A DNA stretch of 64,000 nt, taken from contig CAVTCR010000056.1 of assembly GCA_963733195.1 (NCBI GenBank), positions 64,001 through 128,000 on the forward strand. The letters are read 5' to 3'. The notes beneath the pieces are model-generated. The model was not told where the DNA came from and made no database searches. It was given only the letters and a program-made list of their open reading frames with translations. The DNA is from an uncultured delta proteobacterium (GTDB lineage: Bacteria; Desulfobacterota; Binatia; Bin18). A program made the translations under genes and the position numbers. Positions 63,884-64,000 of the stretch are shown piece after piece. How positions within the stretch are numbered: position 1 is the first letter of the stretch; the number at the start of each line of letters is the position of its first letter.

Positions 63884-64000
63884 GCATGAGCGGAACGTTA
63901 GTGCACAGACCCCAAACACCCTAAAAAAGGAATTTTGTGAGCAAAAGAAGGAACGACTTCGACAAAAATTCCTCTTTACTTGCTCGTCTAGGAAGGAGCG

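Overview
Bacterial chromosomal window, about 53-55% GC by eye. The gene content (LLM/F420-type oxidoreductases, CaiB CoA-transferase, DUF2934, a WFTxGFxT cyclase/TPR tail) suggests a Binatota/'Deltaproteobacteria'-like genome; this is inference. Several intact-looking genes, including enolase, carry single indels, consistent with long-read assembly errors. The backbone is housekeeping and metabolic: mcm, P450, rnz, eukaryotic-type pfk, eno, gcvH, pyrF, proS, feoAB, ctpA, xseAB-ispA-tlyA, tenA. Three accessory zones interrupt it. (1) 5.9-9.3 kb: decayed integron cassettes, an HNH cassette whose attC is split by an ORF-less group IIC-attC intron, and a Fic-HTH gene with a 24-bp palindromic operator. 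(2) 15.2-19.8 kb: an integrase-less attC cassette array with an unknown two-gene cassette, a YaaW-like gene, an HNH nuclease and two TA modules. (3) 58.6-64 kb: an IS-rich island in which an IS1111-type (IS110 family) element sits exactly inside the terminal inverted repeat of an IS6. Its downstream non-coding RNA has a bridge/seekRNA-like loop whose two guide segments match that reconstituted target. Also found: an unannotated 30-aa histone-H1-like microprotein, a candidate sigma54 sRNA with anti-SD loops, and a leaderless Fur-boxed feoA.
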